This document shows, one piece after another, positions 11,866-22,229 of a stretch of 64,000 bases of DNA. Under the pieces are notes generated by a model that was not told the origin of the DNA, did no database searches, and was given only the letters and a program-made list of their open reading frames with translations. Position 1 is the first letter of the stretch, and each line of letters begins with the position of its first letter. This DNA comes from Strigamia acuminata. Taxonomy: Eukaryota. Where the stretch lies: assembly GCA_949358305.1 (NCBI GenBank), contig OX442314.1, positions 21,948,001-22,012,000 on the forward strand. Reading direction: 5' to 3'. The position numbers were made by a program, and so were the translations under genes.

Positions 11866-14800
11866 TTACAAGGAATAAAAAATTAATCTCGTGAAAATGG
11901 TCTTGCTTGGACGACATATTTCAACTTGCTTAGCCAAGTCGTCTGCAATTTGCCACCTCCCATCACGTCGTCTGCAAAATGCAATGAAATGTCCACTTTT
12001 TTCCTGGATCACCCCTCGTAAGTGAAAACTAAATAGAATTTAAAGATTGCTTAGTTTTTGCAAACAAACCGTTTTTAGTGAGTTACCATTTAGCATCAAT
12101 TGTTATTACTATTGGAATAACATCTAACTTCACTGCTACAGGATCATCAACTGTTATGCTTGTATTTGTTTTTCCCAAATTTAGGCAAACAAGGGATGGT
12201 ACCTTACACAATGTAAAAATCGCACTTCCTTCACATTGTGATCTGTAAACAGCAAACAATATAGTTAATCAACAACCATTCAATTTTAAATTTAGTAATC
12301 AGCATTATTTACTTATTGATACTTTCAAATCCACAACAGCTAACATGGTACAGTTCCAGACTATCTGCAATTCGATTTTGTATGTTCTTTACATCTTCAA
12401 TATTATTGCATGAAATGTTTAAGTGTGTTTGCTGATGAACTTTTTCTTTTTGTGGACATAATGAATTATTACAAACACGCAAAAATTCAAACTGATGATC
12501 AGAAATATTCTGAAATGCTGTGTGCAGTGGCATGTTACCTGTTGAAAAAGTTATAAACTCAATATTAATTGATTCATCCATTTTGAGGTTAATACTTACA
12601 ATCAAAATAAGTCCAATTTGGGAAACCTGTTGACTTTTCTAGATCATTAAACTTTGATTTAATTACTTTAGCTCTTTGGCGATATGCCTGCATGAAGTTA
12701 CCCGTTGAACTAAAGTTTCTTATCATGCTGGACAGTTCACTTTCATTGTCATCATTTATCATATGTTGAATGTGTTCACTGTCCTGATAAGCTGAACACA
12801 TTATCGAGAAAATAGAGTCGAACGAGCAAGTGTTTTTAATACTAAAAGAACACTTCTTTATCTTGATGGGATTCAACACACTGCCATTCTTCAACAGTTT
12901 AATTGGATCGGATGCTTCAATCCATTCAGAATTATAATCAAAATATGTTCTTTTATTCCCTGTTAATTTAACAGGCTTGGCCTGTCCCATCCAATTTTCC
13001 ACTGCTTCAAGCTGTCCGTGAACTTGAACTGAAGAATTTTGCTTCTTTTTGCAGACAAAGCAGATCACCCTTTGGCCATAGCCTTCATTTTCTGATCCAC
13101 CTTCGGAGCTGTTATCACTGTCGTTTACCTTATTTCGTTTGAAAACCCAAACACATAGATTAGGCGTTTGAGTAACTATGGCTTCTGCGATAATGTGTGT
13201 CCACACCCCCTGTTTCAATACTTTTCGTTGCTCATTGCTGTATATTACATCTTCTGGGTGCATAGAACGCCAGTCTGCCATCGAAATTATCAATAGGTGT
13301 TCATCAATGTTATCTTTCTGATTAGAAGAACTACCATCATGCTCAGAATCAGAATTGCACTGATTGTTATTTGGGCTACTGACCTAATGCAAAAAAAAGT
13401 CTATTATTGGTATTTATATTTTTACAATGATGGTTTTGGATCATTTAGAGTATAGCCTAAATGTTTTTAGAAACTATAATTCTGTTTTCTTGTTAAAAAA
13501 TATTTACAACAAATTTCACTCTGGATCATAAAAAGCATTTATAGTAATTTGCAATTAGTTTGTGTAACACACTTGGCACTTGTTAGGTCTTTTCATTTGT
13601 GAATTGCATACATGGGCTTTATTTCATTTAATTTTCGTGTTGCCATTGAACAGCTTTCATCTTTATTGATGTCATTAAACAATTTTTCGAAATTTTATAT
13701 CGTTTTTCCGAAATATTTTACTACCTATATTCCAAAAGTAATGTTTTAATTGTTTCTTGGAAGTGTTAAATATTTTCGTAATATTAATAAGAAAAAAAAA
13801 ACAAGAAGGAATAAACAAATCAACAATCAGTTAAAATATAACTTTTGTTGCTAAATCAAACCCCACTTCCATGACCTTGATAGTGGACATGTGGAAAATG
13901 CCCCAAGCCGTTGTTGTCCACCCCTTTGTCGTAAAAAGTGATATAAATAAAAACACACTGTATTGAGATTCAGTAGCTGTTGCTGCATTCAAAAATAAAA
14001 ATACAATTTTAGTTTAAGTGTATTTTAAGTTTAAATTTTGATTTTTTTTAATAATTATAATAAGTATGGTACTTACAATTATGAATAAATTATTAATATA
14101 GTTTAATTTAATAAATAGGAGTGGAGATGATGTCACTTTTTTCAAATTGAAGTAAAACCAAAAATATTTTAATTTTTGGATGCAGCTACTCCTGCCTTAT
14201 TTTTTTCTCCTAATAACAACACAATCAATCAATTGATCAAAATCAGAATAACTCTTCCAATATGGCGTTAATTTTATCAATGTTGTTAAATAGAATAAAA
14301 TGAAATGATTGGTTACGAGAATTGGCAAAATTATTTTGTTATTAATTGATTGATTGATTGATTTGTTAATTTGATTTTGTTGTATTTTTCTTAAAAACAT
14401 GATGAAAACGTTAAATCTTTGAACAAATGTTATAAAACTTGAGAAAAACGTTAATAACTCGGCAAAAAACGTTAAAAAAGATTGAGAAAAACGTTAAAAA
14501 CTCAGCAAAAACGATAAAAAAAAAACGAGAAAAACATTAATAACTAAGCATAACCGTTAAAAAATTGAACAAAATATAATAACTTGGGAAAAACGTTTAA
14601 AACTTGAGAAAAACATTAATAACTTGGAAAAACGTTTAAAACTTTGAAAAAATAAACAATTATTAAACTTTAGAAAAACTTTAAAAAACAGTTTAGAACA
14701 TCAATAAAGATGAAAAACAAAACCGTAAATGAATCGGCCTACATACAGATTAGTTTAAATTTTTAACCAGCAGTTTGAATGATTTGCTTACCTTCAGTTC

Positions 14801-15043
14801 TGTTAAAACTTTGGACATCAATTTTCGTCTGTTGTCATGTAGTTGAGAATAAATCCATCTTCTTGTAACATTTAAGGCACTTGAAATATTCTTCCAAACA
14901 TTATTTCTATATGGTGGAATGTGAAAGGTCCCACTTGATGTTACAAATGCATTTTGATTCTCACAGATGCAGTGTAAAACTTTATCAATTTGTTCCTCTT
15001 TGGTTTCTCCTAAAGTGTTCCAAATTGTAGGATCTTTAGGCAT
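11866..15043 (-). CDS. Transposon-borne 526-aa NOF-like protein with C-terminal USP-like cysteine protease signature; no recognisable DDE core
   Basis: Exons 15043-14792, 13383-12600, 12538-12313, 12242-12087 and 12028-11866 (1581 nt, all GT-AG, phases 0/1/2/2, no internal stop). Cys box KNTCSFDS; His box FHLRGVIQEKSGHFIAF...WQIADD. Confidence 0.8.
13974..14188. mobile_element. MITE of the tagctgcatt family nested in intron 1 of the transposon gene
   Basis: gctgcattcaaaaataaaa... is the reverse complement of 10200-10260; ends in atgcagcta. Confidence 0.7.
14400..14700. repeat. Degenerate ~22-bp A-rich tandem repeat (aaaaacgttaa-like)
   Basis: Directly visible. Confidence 0.75.
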
Positions 15044-15339
15044 TTTGTAGATGTGTCACTTTTTAGTAGATTTTGGACGCTTTTTCACTATTTTGGATGC
15101 TTTTTCACTATTTTGGTAGATTAAACACTATTTCTGCTAAATCTTTGGGCTGTGTCCACAAAGTACGTGTAGTTGAATCAGTGTATGAGCAGTGAAAGAC
15201 ACTAAATGTGCTGTGTTTCAAGGAGACATATACAAGGGGAAAATGAAACAAAACACCAAATCCACCTCACATATGGAGGGGTCACTCTAAAAGTAAAAGA
15301 CAACACAAACTCAAATGTAAACAAATGTGACCTAAATGT

Positions 15340-15970
15340 TGAAATAAACAGATGTCCAACCATGTCCATTGAATTCTGAACAGGGTCCAATCATTAATTC
15401 TGCTGTCCATTGATTTTGGGGGGCTGGCACTGGATTTTCAATCGGCCATATTTAAAAATCTAAGCGAGTCCAATTGAAATAAACAACTGTCCAATCATGT
15501 CCATTGAATTCTGCATAAAGTCCAATCATTAATTCTGCTGTCCATTGATTTTGGGGGGCTGGCACTGGATTTTCAATCGGCCATATTTAAAAATCTAAGC
15601 GAGTCCAATCGAAATAAACAACTGTCCAATCATGTCCATTGAATTCTGCATAAAGTCCAATCATTAATTCTGCTGTCCATTGATTTTGGGGGGCTGGCAC
15701 TGGATTTTCAATCGGCCATATTTAAAAATCTAAGCGAGTCCAATCAAAATAAACAACTGTCCAATCATGTCCATTGAATTCTGAACAGGGTCCAATCATT
15801 AATTATGCTGTCCATTGATTTTTGGGGGCTGGCACTGGATTTTCAATCGGCCATATTTAAAAATCTAAGCGAGTCCAATCGAAATAAACAACTGTCCAAT
15901 CATGTCCATTGAATTCTGCATAAAGTCCAATCATTAATTCTGCTGTCCATTGATTTTGGGGGGCTGGCAT
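15340..15970. repeat. Right-arm 135-bp tandem units, about 4.6 copies, inverted relative to the left arm
   Basis: gggctggca(c/t) ending at 15430, 15565, 15700, 15835 and 15970. Confidence 0.95.
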
Positions 15971-16684
15971 CAAGTTGGCCCCCCAAGTTAAAAGTCGAAA
16001 AAGTGATAAGAATGAAGCGAGTCCAATCAAAATAAAGAGATGTCCAATGTTGTCCATTGAAAGGGCTATCTAGTCCAATAATTTTTTTTGATTGGACTTA
16101 TACTTGGGGGGCCAACTTAACAAAGGTCTTTTAATCCCCTCATCAAAAGGAACTTGAATAAAAATAAAGAAATAAAACTTTTTTAATATAGATTTTTTCA
16201 CAAAAATTATGTGAAAATTGAACTCAAAATGCTTGACTAAATAAATTTTGAAATAAATTTTGAAACTGAAGAATTGGGTGAAAATTGGTCATTTTAGAGT
16301 AATTGAAAACCATCACCCAAGTGGTCATGAAAATTCTGTTTATCTTTTTACAAAAAATTATTTTGGGCTCCACACATAAACAGATCAGGAGATTTTGAAC
16401 TTACTAAAAAAAAATTTAGGACCAATTTTACGGTAAGTTAGCATGTTTTTACTTTTAGCATGCAAATGTGTAGGGAAACAGTGGCGCCATCTATTTCCTA
16501 GTTGTCGTGAACTACAATACTTTATTTTTTTTAAAATTTACGCAGTTGTGGATTACACACTCCTGCAGTCTCCTTGTCAGCACATACTAAACAATGTTAT
16601 GTTGTGAGTGCCTACAATAAAGAATGACACCTGCAACATTTATCCTCAAGAATGTGACGTGATAGGTGAAACACTTAACAACAA

Positions 16685-17093
16685 CCGTATTACCCCGCCT
16701 ATTGCTGCATGCCGTTGGGCATGGGTACATCACAGTTTTGAAATCGCGCATAAAAAATCTATACCGGCATGCCGGTATAAGTGAAAAAATTGATTTTTTG
16801 TTTTTTTTGTTTAAAAGAGCCCAGATGATAAATTATGTTAAAATTTGGGCCTGAAATTTAAGTTTTCTTGATATTCTGAAGATTACTTCTAAATTTTGTG
16901 GAACCTTTATAGAAATTTCGGCCAATTTCCTACATTTTGGACATCTAAATATGCGTTTTAAGCATGTTTTGTGCTCAAAATTAAAAAAAAATTCGGACTC
17001 ACTTACACCGGCATGCCGTTAAAAACGGGGTTTATCGGCATGCCGGTAATACTCGCACTACACCGGCATGTGGCAATAAGCGGGGTAATACAG
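16685..17093. mobile_element. ~410-bp MITE upstream of lipase copy 3
   Basis: Inverted ends gtattaccccgcctattgc...gcaataagcggggtaatac; absent from the paralogous site at ~7412. Confidence 0.85.
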
Positions 17094-17433
17094 AGTAGCT
17101 CTACAATCTACAATCTTCTCGGCTGTCATACTAGCCGTGTTTTTACAGCTGTGCTGTTTTAAATTCTTAATTACTTTTTTTATTACCAATTGCATAAATA
17201 CAGATGGTGATAGTAGCTAGCAGCTATTAAATAAATCGCAATCTGAAAAAGATTGAAAACATACGATATTTTATCATTGTATTACATCCTTCCGTTGCTT
17301 TAGAATCAATCCTAGGCCCAGTTAGCTCAGGTAAACATTTAATTTTCGCTCCTTTTCAACTCTAGCTAAAATTAACATTGTTTATCATTAACTAAATCTT
17401 AACAGAATTAGCTAGTTTATAAAAATAACTAAC

Positions 17434-19360
17434 ATGCTGAATATTGGTATCTACAATACTAAATATTTGTTAATTGGGTTATTTATCCAACATTTACATG
17501 GCGATTTACCAAACCAGTTATCATGTGAAACAACAAACATTTTGAATAAAACAAATCCCGAATTTGACTTTAAAACGGTAAGTTTGTTTCGCATATGCGC
17601 AATGATGATTATACCGCAACGATTAAAATTTCAGGTTGATTTTATTAAATTCTATAATTTCTCATACGAAGAACACACTGTGACTACCCAAGATGGATAT
17701 TTGATAAAAATACAACGTGTAATTAAAAAAAACATTTCCTCCATCCCAAAATATCCAGTACTACTCATGCATGGAATACTCGGTTCATCACTGATGTGGG
17801 TGGATAATTGCGAGGCCAGTTTAGGTAATCAAATTCTCACAATTTATAAAATTTTTTAAATTCTACTTGTTACAGCTTACCGGTAATTAATACAAATTCC
17901 AGCATTTATATTAGCCAATCACGGCTACGATGTGTGGCTAGGAAACATACGAGGAAATCCTTACGGCAAAGAACATTTGAATATAAAATATAAGTCAAAA
18001 CTATTTTGGGATTTCAGGTAAATCAGGCAAGAAAGTACAAATTCCTAAACTTGCTCGCTTGCTACACTAGTACTGCTAAAATGATGAATCAAACCTGTAA
18101 GTTTTGTGCAGGTTTTAAGAGTTATTTTACCCTACAGTTTTACCGAAAATGGTATGCACGATGCTTCATCCATAATCGACTTGATACTTAAAAAAACAGG
18201 CTTCCACCAGTTGCACTACATTAGCCATAGCATGGGAGCGACAATGATGTTCGTGCTTTTATCCTCAAAACCAGAATACAATCTTAAGATTAACAGCTTT
18301 ACGGCCCTCGCACCCGTAGTTTATATGGACAATATTAATCCCAGCCTACGAGCTCTATTCGATAAATTCAGTGTCTTCAAAGTAAGTAATAAAATTTAAA
18401 TTCATTTATCTTGAATACAACATTTAAGTATGTTCACAGAGCCTTTTAACAATGTTTCATCAGTACGCGCTCATTCCGAATCCGGCAATAATTTCTCTAC
18501 TCGGTGAGTTCTGTCCATTAGGAAAAAATAAATGTGACAACCCCATCTCTCTGTTGACTGGTAACAACACGTCATTACTAAATAAGGTTAGTCTGTGAGC
18601 AACATTGTATTTATTTTGTGAGTGGCTGGACGCACTCACAAGATTAAACAAATGACGTTCCCAATTCCTGAGATTATTTCACTTCTTTCCATAAGTCACT
18701 TATGAATTAAACGCATTAATTTGACTATCGAATGCACAATGGTATTTGTAGTCTAAAATATATATTTTATGGAGCAAAATCAAATGTTTCTTTGAGTCCT
18801 TGTTAAAAATTTATTCAAAGTTTTCTTCCAGGTAAGAATACCATTGTACGTCTCTCACGTATCAGCTGCCATATCATTAAACACATTGTCCCACTTTTCT
18901 CAAGTAAATCAATTGTAGTTTGTTTGTTTTCTTTACCATTTACATCTCTTTTCTTTTTTAACTTAAGATTCATAAAACCCATAATTTTTCCAACTACGAC
19001 TATGGATCTTCGGAAATTAATATACAACATTACAACAGCGTAATATAAATCTAATAATTTTTTTTCAAATTTTATTTAAATTATATAAAATCAAAACTGC
19101 AGACTTATCCGCCATTATTCGATTTGAGCAAAATATCAACTCCTGTTGCCGTATTCTGGTCTGAAGGCGATTACTTTGCAGACAGCCGCGACGTGGCGCG
19201 ACTCGCACATCAATTACCAAATGTTGTTTTAAATTATGAAATTCCTTTCAAAAATTTCTCACACTCCGATTTTTTGTGGGCAGTGAATGCCAGCGAATTA
19301 TTATATAACAAAATGATTCAAACTATAGATTCGTTTGAAACACCTCAAAACGATGTATAA
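17434..19360 (+). CDS. Acid lipase family (LIPA/Lip3-like), copy 3, secreted
   Basis: Near-identical exon structure to 7765-9708; elbow reads HYISHSMG; SEGDYFAD and FSHSDF present. Confidence 0.92.
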
Positions 19361-19575
19361 AATGAATGAATAAATTAAAATATATATTCAAATTAGCGCC
19401 ACATGACCTCTAATCTCATTACGTCACAACCATTCAACCAATCCGATAAGAAATAAATAAATTAACTTATCAGTTGAGCACTTTGCAGGAGCTGTGATTT
19501 CCTACCATTCTATCGCTTCCAATGGCCCAGTAAACATCATCTTAAATTCATTCAAGCACTCGTCAACTTATCGAC

Positions 19576-21570
19576 ATGCATCGTATAACTCGCCTTAGTG
19601 TTTTGGCTAACTGTCGACATGTAAAACCAGTGACAACTCAAACGCAACTTGCCAATGCCAAACCATTCGAATCCTTGCCTGGTATCACATCAACATGGGA
19701 TATGATAGTATCGGCATTTAATTATCTTCCAGTCGTAGGTAAGCTAACAAAATTCGAAAAACGTGTGCATTAACACGTTAAAAAATGTCGTTAAAGTTGT
19801 AAATTCAAACCAAACAGGTTGCATGACCTGTTAAAATCGAAACTATGTTAATTTGCTAATTTGAATGTTTCATATTAAACTTGTGTGTGCTAATCCCATA
19901 GGAAAATACAATATGAACGAACTTCGACTAACCGATATGCACATGGAAGCGTACGAGGCTTATGGCAAAATGTATCGAGCGAATATTTTGGGAGGAATGA
20001 AATTTGTAATGGTCATCGACCCGGACGAAATCCGCAGAGCCTTTCAACATGACGGAAAATTTCCGAAAAGAAGAATGCTAGACATAGTCAAAGTCTACCG
20101 AAACCACAACAAAAGTCTGTATTCATCTGGCGGGATATTAGTCGAGTAAGTAAAAATTAGACAACAAATTATTGGTTTTTACCTTTTTTTAAATTTTAAT
20201 TACAACCAGAAACGGAGAGAAATGGTACAACACGCGAGTCAAAGTCCAGCAACCCATGTTGAAACCTCAAATAGTAGACACTTACATACCAAAAATGTCT
20301 AACGTGTCCGAAGACTTTGTGGCGCGCATGAAATACTTGCGAGACCAAAACGGAGAAGTCCCGAACTACCTGAACGAACTGTACAAATGGGCTTTAGAAT
20401 GTAAGTACGAGCGGAATATCTAAACATTTAACTAGTTTTCCTAATTTTCCTAACTTCAGCGATTGGTTTAATAACCTTCAACACTCGTCTCGGGTGCTTG
20501 GAAGCAAATTTGACCGCCCATTCCGATCCTCAACGAATGATAACAACCGTCAGCAATATGTTCCAAGTCGCCGGTGCAACCGAAATCGGCCCGAAGTTAT
20601 GGCTGTGGTATCCAACATGGACGAAAAACTACAGGAAAATGGAAAAAAACGCAGATACCATCTACAATATCACCACCAAGTACATCGAACAAACAAAACA
20701 AGAGTTAAAAGACAAACCGGTCAATCAGGGAGTCGATGTTGGAATCCTCGAAACGATTTTACAGCAAGATATCGAAAAGCCTGAAATAATCGCCTTCATG
20801 TGTGATTTATTAGCAGCAGGAATTGACACTGTAAAGGACCCTGTCTAAAAAAAAAATTACTTCTAAATATTAATAATTCTGAATTTTTCCAGACCTCGCA
20901 TTCCACTGGCGCACTACTTTACCTCCTAGCACGAAACCAGGATAAACAAGAGATATTACACAAGGAAATTATAACTGCTCTAAAAAAACACAACAATACA
21001 ATCACGAGAGAAGTTTTGGAGGAAATGCCATACTTAAAAGGCTGCATTCAAGAAAGTATGAGACTTATGCCCGTAGTTGAAGGCACGCAACGTTTTTTCG
21101 ACCAGGATATTGTCTTAGGTGGATACCGAATTCCCGCTGGTGTAAGAATTTTAATTTAATGTTAAAAACAAGAAAAATATTATAAATTCTATTATATTAG
21201 GTATATGTTGTGCTGTTAGCGGGAATAACTGGAAAATTACCCCAATATTTCGAAGAGCCTAAACAGTTTAAGCCAGAAAGATGGCTGCCTGGAGCCAAAA
21301 AACCTCATCCGTTCGCGTACATGCCGTTCGGTTCTGGGCCTCGATCGTGTATTGGAAGAAGACTTGCTTACCAAGAAATGCAGTTACTATTAATTAAGGT
21401 ATCGTGATTTTATTTTTTCTATAGTGTACGTAGTTATTAACGGTTATTTCTGAATTAAGGTTCTAGTCAACTTTAAAATCGAATACCATCACGAGGATGT
21501 TGGAATGATATTTAGATTTGTCAACATGCCTGATAAACCGTTGAGATTCAAATTTGTGGACCGGAAGTAA
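19576..21570 (+). CDS. Cytochrome P450, mitochondrial clan (CYP49/CYP301/CYP12-like)
   Basis: Basic amphipathic leader, AKPFESLPG, I-helix AAGIDT, ESMR, PERW, heme motif PFGSGPRSCIG; ends FKFVDRK*. Confidence 0.93.
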
Positions 21571-21718
21571 CGTGGATAAAACTCAAATTTACGTTGTATT
21601 ATATTGTATTTTGTATCGGATTCTTGTAAATTGTTTAAATTTTGTTAACTACCGTAAATAAATTATCCTAATTCAATCGTTAATTCATGGTAATTAATTA
21701 CAAATCAAAATCTCTTAC

Positions 21719-21759
21719 CATTGTTGACCTTGCTGCTTTTCATTGCTCATCGTCGCCAT
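21719..21759 (-). CDS. Candidate first coding exon (MATMSNEKQQGQQ, phase-2 donor) of an unidentified gene running leftwards
   Basis: aagATGGCG start context, strong donor tg|gtaaga, promoter-like motifs upstream. No second exon found in the window. Confidence 0.45.
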
Positions 21760-21976
21760 CTTCCGTAGAAACAAACGTATCGCGCGGAATTAACGTCAGT
21801 CTTTAACCGATCCCGCCAAAAGTCTTTCATACAATGCGCCATCAACAAATATTGTCACGTTTCCATTTTGATGCTAGTTCATTCACAAAACATTTTGGAT
21901 GATGAAAATTTTCCTTCGTTGTAACCTTCTGTCCTACATCGAAACAAGCGGCCATGTACGTCATGAAGGTAGGTGG

Positions 21977-22003
21977 GTCACGTGATACAGTTGCTATGGC
22001 AAC
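21977..22003. promoter_or_regulatory. E-box gtCACGTGat next to an RFX X-box GTTGCTATGGCAAC
   Basis: Near-palindromic X-box consensus at 21990-22003, about 230 bp upstream of the minus-strand ATG at 21759. Confidence 0.55.
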
Positions 22004-22229
22004 GATAAGAGACCTAAGCCTCGTATTTTCTCCAGTTTGCGATATTGTGCGAGGTAATGGATTTTTTAAAATATGAATAAATAAAAGACAGGGAAATTGA
22101 ATTTTGTTTTTATTTGGTTTCATTAAGATGGGTTTTGCCACTACAATAATTAAATACATTACGTGCTCTACCTAATTAGTAAATGTGATTATTCTCAAAA
22201 TAAACAAATTATAACTCTTATTTTTAAAT

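Larger units (their letters stand above)
11298..16127. mobile_element. Foldback-type DNA transposon (Mutator superfamily, FB-NOF/Rehavkus-like), 4830 bp
   Basis: 9-bp TSD cttttaatc at 11289-11297 and 16128-16136. Termini acctttgttaagttggcccccc / ggggggccaacttaacaaaggt. Long inverted arms with 135-bp tandem units. Empty site in copy 1 near 5495. Confidence 0.92.
4926..19627. repeat. Tandem segmental duplication of a lipase unit (copy 1 4926-9975, copy 2 9974-19627)
   Basis: 4926-5570 matches 9974-11290 plus 16128-16200; 7240-9975 matches 16510-19627. The junction at 9974-9975 has AC microhomology. Confidence 0.92.

Noticed and set aside
11368..16057. Identical 66-aa ORFs (MDNIGHLF...) on opposite strands
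   Set aside because: They lie within the inverted arms of the transposon, so identity reflects the TIR, not coding selection.
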